This document shows positions 23,641 through 36,740 of a DNA stretch of 64,000 nt, piece by piece. The translations under genes were made by a program, and so were the position numbers. Under the pieces are notes generated by a model that ran no database searches, was not told the DNA's origin, and worked only from the letters and a program-made list of their open reading frames with translations. The stretch lies in contig NC_090380.1 in the NCBI RefSeq assembly GCF_036365525.1, forward strand, positions 77,749,784 to 77,813,783, written 5' to 3'. This DNA is from Heterodontus francisci. Its lineage: Eukaryota. How positions within the stretch are numbered: position 1 is the first letter of the stretch; each line of letters opens with the position of its first letter.

Positions 23641-24438
23641 AAGTTAGTTTAGGTGAAAGGAATGAGCAGCAACCAGTTGATAGCACCCAGTTGATGAGCT
23701 TAAAGGGTGATTGTACCAGCCCCTGGACATTGGGGGTTGTGGCAGGGGGGCCCTGAAAATGCCTCCGTTGGAGACCCGCCATGGGCCTCGACGCTGGGAA
23801 GACCCTGTCCCATATTAACGGTGGTGGCGAGGCCTCGTGGTGGCCCACCCACCACTCAGCAATGGGACCATCACTTCAATATGATAGTTAATTAAAATTA
23901 GGAATAATTACTTACCTTGCCGCGCCGGCCGTCCCGCTCCCATATTACGGTCAGTGGCTGGCACTCCCACGCCGTCCGATCCCCGACCACTGAAGAATTT
24001 TGGAACACTGGTGGGGAGGGGGGAGCAGGTATGTTTTCAGGGCAGGGGGGAGCAGCATTAAATGATTCTGATTGCTCGAGGGGGTGATAGGAAGGGGTAA
24101 AGGTAAAAGTTTCTGAACTTTGGGGCAGGGGAAGGTCAGGTACTGAAGGTAACTATTTTGGGGGGGGAAGAGGGCAGGAATGACATGTAAGGCTATTGGG
24201 GGAGTGGAGAGGGAGTGGAAAGTTTTTTTTAATTAGTTTTAATAATTTTAGATTAACTGTTTCTTTAAAGATTTAACTTGTCATCTTCGTTTCTATAAAC
24301 TCTTTTACATTGAATTACATTTAATTAGGCCAAATATGGCTACACTGGCATAGTCTCAATTATAGATGCAAGCAGGCAGCTTTTCAGGACTTTTCTTTAA
24401 AAATTTAAACTCTGATCAAGATAAAGAAATGTACTTAC

Positions 24439-26346
24439 CCGTTTTCGAGCTCTCCAAGAAAAGCTTCCATGTGAGTAACGTTTCCTTTCCCAGACAAGAA
24501 GGACCATGCCACGCTCTTGCAGTAAAGTGGAAGAGACCTCATTCATCAACACAGACACTTGGGACAACTGAGCTAGGCTATAGCTGTCCAAGAAGCTTGC
24601 AATGTGCCTGAGTATCTCAGATGGAAGACTGCTCAAACTAAGCATATTTTTCCCATTTTCCCATATATTTCGATCCTTGTGACTGTTCTGACACAGAACT
24701 TCAGGAACATCTGGTTTGACTGCAAACGTATTTTGGTGCTGGTTATAGATCACCTTAGCCTTCTGCATGGAGGGGCAGAATCTCCGTTGTGAGTAGGAAC
24801 AGCCAAGATAAGCCAGAGGACATCTCTCTACCATCCATCCATTCAGGCATGACTGAATGTCAGCATGCACATTCTTGAAGTGTGATGAAAACTCATCTCG
24901 CCTGAAGAAATGGTGACACATAAATGTAAAGGCAGAATTCAATTTGTTGTGTCTTTTAGTGATACACTCTGTCTGTAGTTGCAGATATAGACAAGAGGCT
25001 TTCTCTGCTGCTACATCGGCCAAAGATACATCACGGCCAAAAGGAGCAGAGGGGAAAGAATATGTCTGAGTGGCAAAATCAATGGTCTGTCCATCAGTGG
25101 CTTTTGTTTCTGATATAACATGGCCTTTTAGCACTTTTTCCAAATAACATAGTAATGAAGTAGTAACTTCATCATTTTGATGACTCTCTGTGTCCAGGTC
25201 AGAAGTGTCCACAGCTTTGTTCTCCTTTTTGACCTTACTTGACAATGAATCTCCAATAAGTCTACGTTTGGCACGGTAGCTGGTAGGAACTTTAAATGTA
25301 TTGACAGTTCTAACATCCTGGGCCTCCAGTTTCCCATAAACAAAGTCTTTTTCTTTGGGTGTGCATGCTTTCATCTGGCCAAATCGAATAAGCATACTGC
25401 CATGATGCACCAAATACATATTGAAGTGTTTTGTATCCATCTGAGCTTCTAGCCTTTCCAAAACACCTTCCTGCCAAGGAGCTTCACCTGTCTTTTCTAC
25501 TGATGCTGACAATGCTGGGGCTGACATAATGGTTTTATTTTCAGATAAATTGTTCTTTTTTTCAGTGCTGGCTGATGAAGTCTCACTCTTCTGCTTCGTT
25601 TTAACTTTTGTAGTTTTCTCTTCAATGGCACAGCTACCTTTATCCTTACTGAAAATGTGCTCCCAATTTGAATACATAGCTAAACATCCTACCTCATTGG
25701 ATTCTGCAAGAGCTTTTTGTTCTTCCAGGGTGAGTTCAACCATCTCTTCCAAATCTGCGTTGACTTCATCATTTCCATCTTGATGTATTTTTGTTCCTGT
25801 TTCAAGAAAAGTCCTATCCAAAGATACAGAAGCAACCAGCTGTCCTCCCACTGCCTCCTCTTCATTCAAATCCAAATCAGTTTCATCAACTGTCTCGGCC
25901 ATCTCTGGGAAAAGTTCAGCCATCTTCACTGAATTGAAAAAAATCCCCTGATCCCTAATTGCAGTTCCTAAGTCCAGATCCTCTGGATTCAAGGATTCTT
26001 TGATGGCACTATTTTTTAATGTTATGTCATCTTCATTAGCTGGCCAGCGGTTCCATTGCATTGAACAGCACACAATGCTGGCAGGACAGACACGAAGGTG
26101 CTTGGAGAGTTTGTGGCGTGCCATGAAGAAGGGGCAGCCAAAGGCTGCATTTAGGCAAGGGACATGTTCCAGTGGACATAGTAGTGTATGTTCATTCTCC
26201 TTACACTGGTGAAAAACAGCACCACACTTGGAAGGGCAACTGATCACCAAACAGGAAACAGAAGGTTCAAAAGACTTTTTGCAGTGCTGACTATAACACT
26301 TTTCACAGTGCATGTGCAGTCGAGGAGTCAGATTTCTATTTCTAAT
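24439..26346 (-). CDS. fbxo40: F-box only protein 40-like, large exon (TRAF-type zinc finger, central domain, F-box)
   Basis: 636-codon open frame: HCEKCYSQHC...CGAVFHQCKENEHTLLCPLEHVPCLNAAFGCP...HLRVCPASIVCCSMQWNRWP; FRRDEFSSHFKNVHADIQSCLNGWMVERCPLAYLGC; F-box LSSLPSEILRHIASFLDSYSLAQLSQVS. Acceptor ttctatag, donor CGG|gtaagt, both phase 0. Confidence 0.95.
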
Positions 26347-28897
26347 CTATAGAAGCAAAAAGATGTTGCTTTAGTTTTATTTTTGTACACGTACAATGTC
26401 AGACTCGGCTTATGAATATGTGCATATACAATATGTACATGCTCTAAAATATAAATCAGAATGTATGTATACAATTGTTCTTACTATAAATTGTCTAATC
26501 AATGATACTATCAAGCCTATCTAGGCCATAACACCCAGTGTGATTCAGGCGAGTGAGGCAAATGCAAACTGCAATCACAGATCTAAGTTTGAGGCCTAGG
26601 GTATTTTAACTCTCTGGCCCCACCTGTATGTCACTAGTCAGCTGCCCGTCCAAAATAGGTGGAAAATGGCACCCGACCAATGGGCAGAAGAACAAGTTTG
26701 GGTGGCCAAAGGACACCAATCAGCATCAAAGGAAAGCAGGTAAATTGTGGGAAAGGAGTTTTAGGGAGGGTCAAAACAAATCTCATAATATTTAGAGATC
26801 TCCCTGAAAAGCTGTAATAATATTTACAGTATTTACTCTACTGCTCTCCACACACAATTTTTGTCTCATTACCATTCATTTTAGACTTAAATACATTGGT
26901 AGCATAACAAAAATTGCCCCCTATATATTCCTGATTGCATAATTTTTTAAAAGATATTTCAACACATTAAAACATAAATAAGAGTTGTTAAAATATGCAA
27001 CTTTAATTGACATTCATACTATGTTATTCTCAGTAGACAATTTTGTTGGCCTCAACCAAGTTGCCAGTTAGGGAACTTTATGCTTTTGAGAGACATGTTA
27101 CTAGTATTACATCGTGATTCTTCCAACCTGCTGAAGGTCTAGGTTCTGTTTTACAGCTGCCTACCTTCTAATTTTTGGGAATCCTTGGTTTCTGCACCCT
27201 TGGGACTCCCTGGTTACTCTTTGCATCATATCATGTGGATCTCATTGCACAGAAGATATCTGCATCTCATCCAGCAATAGTAGCCACCAGAGTGTGCACA
27301 CGCTGCTAATTTTACTTGCGCCTCACACAGAAGCAGTACACAAGGAGGCTGCACTTTCCCAAGGAGGCCATCCAGGATTTGTACAACAGTTTGAAAAAAT
27401 GATCTCTACACCACCTCCACCACTCCCACTGCACTTCCAGTAACTGGAGTCTAGTTTAAATCTTCTAGATTCTTTCATGTTGTTAAGGAGATATACCCAA
27501 TATTTTTCAGTTCACCAGCAAACCTTATTGGTTCTACAAGGCCATGGATCTGCAAAAATACTGAAACCCTGCCTAATGGATGTCTCCAACCAGTTCACAA
27601 TTGGCTGCGTTTGCTGACATGCGCAAATGCAGCCTGTTCCACTGAAAAGTCACTGTCTGCGACAATCAGGCAGCTGCCAGGATTAAAGATGGCACTGTTG
27701 AATTTATCACAGCAAAACAACTTCAACCCATGACAGCACGCAATGGACATGTTTGATACTCAGAAAACATTGCGCTGTTTAAAGTCTCATCAGAAGGACA
27801 GCACCTCTGGCAGTGCTGCACACTCTCCGTAATTTTGTGAGGTTTCAGTACCATCCCACTCTCCGGCTGCTCACTCTCTCCCACCCCCCACTCTCCAGCT
27901 GCTCCCCCACCCCTCCTGATGCTAGCTCTACGCCATGAGCCGCTTCCCTCCTCTCAGCGACTCACTCCTACATCACCCAGTCACTCCTCGTGGCCCGCTT
28001 TGCTTCTTGGAGCAGAGTAAGTGGCTGAGAGAAGGGAAGTGGCCTGCGGCTTAGAGCTAGTGTCTGGAGGGATTGTGGGGGGGAGCAGGGAGTGAGCGGT
28101 CGGAGAGCGGGGCTGGGGGGGGGGGAGAAGCGGGAAGCGAGCAGCCTGGAGTGAGTGTCCGATGGGTTTTCCTGCATCTGCACCAGTTAGTCCTGGCAAG
28201 GCAAGGCGTAGGCTGCACATGCGCAGCATCTCAGCGCGCAGGAGACCGTTTGCGCATGTGCGCAGCTTGGAGTGCTCTGATGACATCAGCGGACCGCTGC
28301 GTTGTCAGGAGTCACTTTGTTCACAATTTTGCTTAAACCAGAAAACACAACCCTCTCAAACCAGTCACCCATGGTAGCAACATGAGTTACCAGAAAAGAA
28401 ACTTAACTTGCTCCAATGCCCTACTCTATGACTCTATGTGTTGTGTGTATACACTGTAGGTGTGTTATGGCACTGCCACATGCTCCAGAGTGGCTTGCAG
28501 TGCTGTGGTGCATTCCTATTGCTAGCACACATGCTATCCCAAGAAGGCAAAGATTCATAAAAAGATGAAGAACTGAGCTCAGTATTCCACCTAAGTGAGA
28601 AACTCTGGGCTGACAGTAAAGAATGAGGATTTTAAAGGAGAGGCGCGAAGGGTGAAAGAAGGTGAGGTGCTCAAAAGAGGAGAAGATGGGAGAAGACTAG
28701 AGGGAGAGATCAAGTGAAGTTCAATGATAAAGGCTGCACTGCCACCTCAGCAGTTTGGGCCGGGCAGACAGTGGAAAATTCAAATATTAATTTCTATGGG
28801 GAGTCAAACTTCCATTAACAGTGAAGTAAGAGCCACAATAGTTTGAATAATATATTTTGCTGCTTGTGACAGTCAAGTTCACATTCAAATTTCTTAC

Positions 28898-28925
28898 CAT
28901 TTTGACGAATCCTCTTTCTTCTCAA
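28898..28925 (-). CDS. fbxo40: 28-nt micro-exon supplying only the fbxo40 start ATG (28900-28898)
   Basis: tctttattctttcag|TTGAGAAGAAAGAGGATTCGTCAAAATG|gtaaga. Phase 0 joins the open frame IRNRNLTPRLHMHCEKC. Confidence 0.8.
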
Positions 28926-29149
28926 CTGAAAGAATAAAGAAAATTGCTTTAGATATTATTCAACAAATTTAAAGTACAATAAGTTTCCAAAAAATAAGTC
29001 AATCACAACAATTTTAAGACAACCCAGCTTATCGAGTGTCATTTGAATGGAGCATGGTTTATGATGTGGGTGGAGCAGAATGTAGTGATCTAAATAAGTG
29101 GAATTAGGTGCACTGTGGGTGAATAGACACAACTTGTAATTGATGTGCG

Positions 29150-29500
29150 GGATAGGAACACAGGAAATAGGAGCAGGAGTAGGCCATTCAGCCCCTCGAG
29201 ACTGCTCTGCCAGTCAAGTAGATCATGGCTGATCTTTTACCTCAATGCCATTTTCTCAGTCCTAAATGGCCAACCCCTTATTCTGAGACTGTGACTCTGT
29301 TCTAGATTCCACAGCCAGGAGAAACATTTTCACAGCATCTAACCTGTCAAGCCCCTTAGGAATTTTATATGTTTCAATTAGATCACCTCCCATTCTTCTA
29401 AACTCCAGGGAATATAGGCCTAGTCTACTCAATCTCTCCTCATAGGACAATCCCCTCATCCCTGGCACCAGTCTAGTAAATCGTCATTGCACTCCCTCCT
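29150..29500 (-). mobile_element. CR1-like LINE 3' fragment
   Basis: PGMRGLSYEERLSRLGLYSLEFRRMGGDLIETYKI. Confidence 0.85.
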
Positions 29501-29509
29501 TAAACAAAA

Positions 29510-30740
29510 AAAAAAGGAAAATCAGACTGCTCCAACTACTGTGGGATGACCCTCCTTTCTATTGCTGGGAAGATCCTGGCTAGAATATTTCTGAACAGGT
29601 TTATGTCTCACATTGCAGAAGAAAACCTCCCAGAGAGCCAGTGTGGTTTCAGAGCAAACAGAGGCACCACAGACATGGTATTTGTACTCAGACAATTACA
29701 AGAAAAGTGTTGTGAGCAAAACAAAGGCCTGTACGTCACTTTCATAGACCTCACAAAGGCATTCGACACTGTGAGCAGGGATGGACTTTGGAAAATCCTT
29801 GAAAAACTTGGATGTCCACCCAGGATCCCGGCCATGGTGAAGCAGTTTAATGAAAATTAGTACAGAAAAATCAAGCAAAACAACAACCTCTCAAGTTCCT
29901 TCCGAATCTCCAATGGCGTGAAGCAGGGATGTGTGCTGGCTCCGACCCTATTCACCATCTTTCTCAGCATGATACTGCAGCAGGCAACAGAAGACCTTAA
30001 GAAGGGAGTTTACGTACCCTTCCAGACTGATGAAGGCCTTTCAACCTCAGGCATCTTCAGGCTCACACAAAGACACAAGAAAAACTCATCTGTGAACTTC
30101 TTTTCACCGATGACCTCCTGGCCTCCTGAATGCCATCAAGCAATTTACTTATTTCGAGAGTGTCATCTCGTTTGATGCTACTATGGTCAAGGAAGAGGAT
30201 AATAGCAAAAGCTATCAAAAGCAAACAGTACATTTGGCAGACTCTACAAATGAGTGTGGAGCAACCACAGCCTCTGAGCACAAACCAAACTCAAAGTATA
30301 CAAAGCTGTAGTCCTAACCACCCTTCTGTATGGTGCTGAGTCATGGGTCCTATACAGCCGTCATGTATGCTTTCTAGAGCGCTTCGTCAGTGCTGCTTCC
30401 GCAGCATCCTCAAGATCTGCTGGCAGGACCACATTACAAACATTGAAGTCCTGGAAACAGCAACATCACCAGCATCAAGGCCATCCTCCTGCAAAGCCGT
30501 TGGGCGGGTCACATTGCCCAGATGGATGACAGTCGTCTGCCCAAGATCGTGTTGTATGGAGAGCTGACCACAGGTAAAAGGAACAGAGGGGCCCCATGCA
30601 AACGTTTCAAGGACTCCCTGAAGAAGTCCCTCTCTGTGTGCCACATCGACCATCGCCAGTGGGAAGCGCAGGCCATAGATCGTGATGCCTGGAGATGCTA
30701 CATCAGGAGGGTTACAGACACCTTTGAGACTGAGTGAAGC
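29510..30740 (+). mobile_element. RTE-clade LINE RT fragment
   Basis: TLLSIAGKILARI...LPESQCGFRANRGTTDMVF...FIDLTKAFDTVSR; GVKQGCVLAPTLF; RLPKIVLYGEL. Confidence 0.9.
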
Positions 30741-30904
30741 AGGCAACTCTCGCCTTCCTTTCAGTGCCAGATTTCCCAATGCCTAAGAAACCTGCAGAGC
30801 AGCAGTGAATTTTAAATATGGCTCCCAATTGCACTGTCTTCCCAAGCCATCTTTCCAACCCTCCCACTGCCTGCCCATCCCCAAAGGACTGGTAAAATCC
30901 AGCC

Positions 30905-32060
30905 CCAAGAGAATGAGAGAGAATGGAAGTGGGAAAGAAAGAATGAGAGAATATGGGCATAAGAAAGAATATGAATGGCAATGAGAAAAACAGGTGAAGA
31001 AAACAAGACAAAGAAAGAATAAATAAGGAGAGAAAAAGAATAAGAAAGCTAGAGAATGAGGAAGCCAGCGAATGAGAAAGCAAGAGAAAATGTGTGTGAG
31101 TACAAATGAGTGATGAGAGGAAGAAATTAGTAAGATTGGGGAAATGAGAAAGAATGAGAGTAAGAGAGAGAATGATAATTAGTAAGAAAAAATTAATGAT
31201 AATGACAAAGCAAATGCAAGCGAAAGAGAAAAGCAAGCAAGTGAAAGAATGGAATGGTGGAGGAGGCTCGAGGGCCGAATGGCCTACTTCTGCTCCTAAT
31301 TCGTATGTTCGTATGTAAGACAAGTAGTGATAATGAACCAGTTTTGCTGGAGCAGGACATCTCGCAGCATGCCCTGTTAGTTAGACTTGTTCCTGCATGT
31401 TCAGGGTTTAACATTTTTTTGTCCATTAACAGGACAGCCAGGGCAACAAGGCATCTGAGGCTTTAGTGAACAATGGAACAAACAGTGTATCTCCTTACCC
31501 AATGAGATTTAAGGATTGAGAAATAAACAGAGGAAGGCTGAAATGGGGTGAATTTGAGTGGTTGAATTCAATGCCAGATCAGGGACAGAAAGAGAAATAA
31601 AGAGAGGAAAAGAAAATTGGATTGAGAGAAAGAAATGAAGTGGCACAAATCGGCCAGTAACTTGTGGCAACTTGCAATTCACAGGGTTTATCATCCTCGC
31701 TGCAAGTTGCTGAACAGTTTGTGTATTACCAACAGTGTTCGTTGTTTCAAAGCCATTTTATCAGCAAAATCTAGCCCAATGTGAGTGTAAAAGAGAAAAG
31801 GAGAGAAAATAAAAGATAGGGAAAGGAAAGAGAATGAGAAAGAGAAGGCATGAATGAGGAAGTCATGGAATGAAGGTAAGAAGAGAAGGATGAAATCAGT
31901 GGAAGTCATAAGAAGGATGAGAGTGAGAAAGAAAACGAGGCAATGAGAAAGGGGAATAAATGAAGATAATAAAAGATAAAGTGAGTTAGAGAAAGAATCA
32001 ATGAGAAAAAGAGAAAATAATTAGATAGGAGGGAATGAGTGAGAATGAGCATGAGGTAGA
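30905..32060. repeat. Two purine-rich (GA/GAAT) low-complexity tracts (about 30905-31255 and 31790-32060) flanking a MITE-like segment
   Basis: Strong A/G strand bias with degenerate GAATGAGAAA units. Confidence 0.7.
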
Positions 32061-33147
32061 AATGAGTACTACACAGTATATAATCCAGATTTTAAGCACA
32101 AAATTGGAAGCTAAGGAGCTTGGATTTTTCTCCTTGCTGCCTGATTCTTGGGTAGCATTTCAATGGTTGGGGATCCTTTGCATCAGATCCTTTTCCATTT
32201 TGCCCCATCCAATTTGTCATTACCATTTGTAGCTTACAGCAGAAGCCCCTTGCCTAAAATGAGACTGTAATGATAGGATAATATCATATGTCCATTTTCC
32301 ACCATTACTACCTGATCTATGCTGACCATCAAGCACACCTAGACGAAACAGGCTTCCAGTACTAGTTGGTGCAAAGGAAACAGCAGTAGTTGATTTAAAT
32401 AGCCCAGCAGCTACTTTAAATAGATTCACAGAAAGTTTATGTCTCAGCCAATTTAGATCATTGTTTTTCACCTCTGACAACTGATTCACCATCTATCTTC
32501 AACTTTCTCACAGCCTGCTCCTCAATTCTAATGACAGTCCAAAAGACCTCCCATTTTGAATACAGCAATTTTTTAAATCCCTCCTTATCTTCCTCTAAAA
32601 ACGAGGGAGGGCAGGCTAGTCAGAGAGCACAGAACGCACATAGCACCCACCTGCCAATACACCACACCAGAAAAGATAGGCTGAGACAGTGCTACTTTCA
32701 CTTACACAAAAGCAATGCTTGCAGCTGTATGGTCGCTGATCTGTGCGAAAGTAGATTTAACAGTCCCAATGAGATCAGTGAAACCCTGAGGTATATTTGT
32801 CTGAATCCCAGCCTCATTGCTTGAAGGCTGGAAGAGTCAACTCACTCCAATTTGGCACCCTCACCCTTAATGCCTGACCCTTTAAGCCGCTATGGGAATT
32901 TAAATCCTGCAGCAAGAAGCAATTTCCCACCCCCAAATTAACAAGCCTCCAATGAAAGGCATGGAAAACACTTAGAGTTTGCCAATAATATTCAAAGTTA
33001 AAACTTTAGCACGGTTTGTGCTAATATAGGTGGGCATAGTGACGTTTCCCCCTTTTACCACAGTTCTGGCATTGTGCTACTGAGGAAAACCTGGGCTGGC
33101 ATGCCAGATCACATTAATAATGAAAACCTGGTCTTGCATGCAATGCT

Positions 33148-33344
33148 AGAACAAAATACTGAAGATGCTGGAAATCTGAAATAAAAGCAGAAAATGCTGG
33201 AAATACTCGGCATCTGTGGAAAGAGAAACAGAGTCAACGTTTCAGGTTCATGACCTTTCATCAGACGAAAGGTCATCAACCTGAAATGTTAACTCTGTTT
33301 CTCACTCCATAGATGCTGAGTATTTCCAGCATTTTCTGCTTTTA
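33148..33344. mobile_element. Short inverted-dimer (hairpin) Penelope-derived insertion
   Basis: Self-complementary element of about 197 bp flanked by the 14-bp direct repeat TTGCATGCAATGCT (33134-33147 and 33345-33358). Confidence 0.85.
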
Positions 33345-34103
33345 TTGCATGCAATGCTTATGGTTAGTGAGAACATCTATTAGTGATAATATTTTTTAGT
33401 ATACTAGATTTAAAATTTGTTCTGTCAGTACAGAATTTCTTTCTTCTGCTCTTCAGCTTTGAAAGCAAGGCCACTCTGGATTTAATCAAAGTCCTAGTAA
33501 ACAAGAGCACTTCTCCTTATTTGTCACATGCAACATTTTCATCGCCCAATGTTGATTTTTCTAGCTATATTTTAGGAGCTATTGCAGGTTGTTAAAGATT
33601 TATTTCCATTACACAGGACACTGCAATGGAAAGTTTTAAACTATGAGACACCATCTGACCCATAAGGCTTCAAGGATTAATGAATCTTAAAATGAAATTT
33701 TTGTAAGTGTCATTCAAGAAAAGGAGCAAAACATTCATTTTGCAGTATTGCATCTTGAACTCTTGCTGAATTTATACTCACAAATGCATATTATGTATGC
33801 TCCTTTGAACAGGGACATTTCAAAAAAGGAGATATAACATTAAAAATCTTTATATTTTTCAAATATGGTTTCACCAACTTGGGGACTTTCTTTGATAAGG
33901 ACTTCATACACCATTATGTATCGAGTTGTGCTTTGTTATTGAGGTTTTTCAGGATCACAAGATCCATTTGCTCTAACTGTATTCACAGACCACTCAACGC
34001 TTTTGCTGAATGATCAACTTAATATTCAGCACACATCTTTAAGTCTAACCTTCACAAAAACAAAACAAGAGTTAAAGCAATGTGGAAACAAATCCAAACT
34101 TAC

Positions 34104-34207
34104 TTTTAATGATGCCAAGAACAATGTTGTTGTTGAGTTCAGTCCTCCCTGCTCAGATCTGAATACTGCATATGCCCAGCTCATGAAGAGGTCACATTTA
34201 TATTTAG
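34104..34207 (-). promoter_or_regulatory. Candidate fbxo40 promoter (overlapping MEF2 CTAAATATAA and TATAAA, 34207-34197) and non-coding exon 1 ending at 34104
   Basis: Minus-strand CTAAATATAAA lies about 95 nt upstream of a strong donor AAA|gtaagt in non-repetitive sequence. FBXO40 is known to be muscle-specific. Confidence 0.5.
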
Positions 34208-34939
34208 ATAAATGTGTTTGGTTTTAAAAATAAACTGAATTAGAGCTTCTGGAATGAGGTAAGTGATATTTGGGATCCTACTAGAGCAACAAACCATTAA
34301 TGTCCAAAACATTGCTATTTCTTCTCTTGTTAAATTACAAAGTCTTCTCAGTCATTACCCAACATATTGAATAAGAAATGTCTCCCACGTTAAGTTAAAG
34401 GTCAGTACACATTCAGAGTGATTTTTGCATTTCAAATAACAATACCAGAGGCATTAGGCAATGAAATGTCAAACTTGCAACGACCACTAATTTCTTTATG
34501 AAAGCATTTTGCAGTACAAGGAAGAATTGGTTATGGAAAAGTATTTTCATTTTGTTTGTTTAGCTATGAGGGCACAGCCATCACTCTCTATCTACTGTGT
34601 TATAGATCTGATCCCTGGCTTCTGCCAATGCTTTGAGCTGGTTACAGGAGTAAGTAACAGGATTACAGTTAGTGAAAGCACTGCATAGTGGCTCAAATCA
34701 ATTCAGTATTGTGTAGGACTGAACTTACATTCCTAACTGCTGGCTGGCGGGGTAGGTAGATGCTCCAACACGTACAACCCATCATGAAAGACTTTGAATG
34801 TGGAAGGACCAAAGCAATTATTTTCATCCATGACACAAACTCCGCTCCTTCATCGTTAAATCCAACCCCATCCCTGGGCACACACAGATTAAATCAGACT
34901 GTTCACAACCAGGGAACTTTGTTTGGCCTTGACCTATGT

Positions 34940-35540
34940 TTGCTAACCTACATTATCTCCATCAAGGACAGCCTACTTCCACCTCCTTAATAACAGCTGC
35001 CTCCATCCTTATGTTAGTCTATCACTTGTCCATCTCCATCCAGACTTGATTACTCCAATTTTCTCTTTGCCAGCCTCCTATTTCCACCTCTATAAACTCC
35101 AACTCTTCCAAAACCTGGATGCTGGTATCTTACCCTACAATCATCAAACCCTTCCTTGCCGACTTACATTTGCTCTTGGTTCCTCCACATCTTAATTTTT
35201 GTTCTTTTCTTGTAATCCTAGCTATAATGTCTTCCAGCTCTATAATCACCCCTTGACAAATTTCTGTTTCTCCAGACTCTAACCTTGAGTAGCCGCCCTT
35301 GCCCTTCACCCCACTGTTGAGTGTGCCTTCAGCTGCCTAGATTCTACTCTCTGGGATTCCCTCTGCCTCTCTATCTCCCTCACCTCCTTTAAGAAGATCC
35401 TTAAAACCTACCTTTTGACTGAGCTTTGTTTTACGTCTCTTAATCTCTCCTTCTTTGGCTTGGCGTCCATTTTTCTCATACCTCTGTGAAATGCATTGGG
35501 AGATTTCATTTGAAAAGGTACTATATAAATACGTTGTTGT
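34940..35540 (+). mobile_element. Old L2-like LINE 3' fragment
   Basis: CCAGACTTGATTACTCCAAT...GCCTTCAGCTGCCTAG...CTCTGGGATTCCCTC...CCTTAAAACCTACC...TGTGAAATGCATTGGGA...CTATATAAAT, a typical L2 3' end. Confidence 0.65.
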
Positions 35541-35774
35541 GAACACAAGCTGAAGCCACAGGTTAATTACCTTTTAATAGGGAATTTGCACAATGGAAAA
35601 TACTTGTTTATTTCAAGCTTCACATTTTGCTTTACATCTGTAATAAAGCATAGCACTTTGAAATATGACTGAAATGACATACAAAGACGGATCTTTTATC
35701 TGTGCCCTGACAGAGTGGCAGCTCGTCAGATAGGATTTGCTACTGAAGTGAGGAGCCCGGAACTAGCTGAGTCA

Positions 35775-36740
35775 AAAAAGAATATCTTGTATTTATATAG
35801 TTCCTTTCACAACCTCAGGACATCTCAAAGGATTTTACAGCCAATGAAGTACTTTTGAAATGTAATCACTTTTGTAATGTAGAAAATGCAGCAACCTCTG
35901 GTGAGGCCGCACCTGGAGTATTGCGTGCAGTTCTGGTCACCGCATTATAGGAAGGATGTCGAAGCTTTGGAAAGGGTGCAGAGGAGATTTACTAGGATGT
36001 TGCCTGGTATGGAAGGAAGGTCTTACGAGGAAAGGCTGAGGGACTTGGGGTTGTTTTCGTTAGAGAGAAGGAGGAGGAGAGGTGACTTAATAGAGACATA
36101 CAAGATAATCAGAGGGTTAGATAGGGTGGATAGTGAGAGTCTTTTTCCTCGGATGAGGATGGCAAACACGAGGGGACATAGCTTTAAGTTGAGGGGTGAA
36201 AGATATAGGACAGATGTCAGAGGTAGTTTCTTTACGCAGAGAGTAGTAGGGGCGTGGAACGACCTGCCTGCAACAGTAGTAGACTCGCCAACTTTAAGGG
36301 CATTTAAGTGGTCATTGGATAGACATATGGATGTAAATGGAATAGTGTAGGTCAGATGATCGGCGCAACATCGAGGGCCGAAGGGCCTGTACTGCGCTGT
36401 AATATTCTAATTCTAATTCTAATTCTAACCTTTTTGCACACAGCAAGATCCCACAAACAGCAATGTTACAATCACCAGATATATTGTTTTGCTGGTGTTG
36501 ACTAAATATTCACCATGACACCTGTGAGAACTCCCCTGCTCTTTTTCAAAATAGTACCATGGGATCTTTTACGTCTACCTAACAGGGCAGACAGGCCCTC
36601 GGTTTAACGTCTCATCTGGAAGAGAGCAGTTGCAAGAATGCAGCACTTCCTCAGTACTGCAGTGGCGTGTCAGCCTAGATTTTGTACTCAAATCTCTGTA
36701 ATGGGGCTTGAACCCTAACCTCCTGACTCACAGACGATTA
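35775..36740 (-). mobile_element. SacSINE1/DeuSINE-type SINE split by a CR1 insertion
   Basis: Same motifs as 9920-11088. Resumes at about 36430 (TTGCACACAGCAAGATCCCACAAACAGCAATG). Confidence 0.8.
35897..36427 (+). mobile_element. Young CR1/HER1-type LINE 3' fragment with (ATTCTA)n tail
   Basis: Intact frame LVRPHLEYCVQFWSPHYRKDVEALERVQRRFTRMLPG...WNDLP, CpGs retained, short AACCT direct repeat at the flanks. Confidence 0.92.

Noticed and set aside
24397-24438. ORF-track C-terminus VSTFLYLDQSLNF for fbxo40
   Set aside because: Read-through into the intron past the CGG|gtaagt donor; the true end is the 12331-12564 exon.
27560-28340. CpG and NRF1-like (GCGCATG) patch as an internal promoter
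   Set aside because: Looks like a repeat or MITE interior with poly-G/C tracts; no linked exon was found and repeat status cannot be confirmed without a search.
30712-31323. 203-aa hydrophobic ORF resembling a membrane protein
   Set aside because: Artefact of reading the pyrimidine strand of a GA-rich low-complexity tract.
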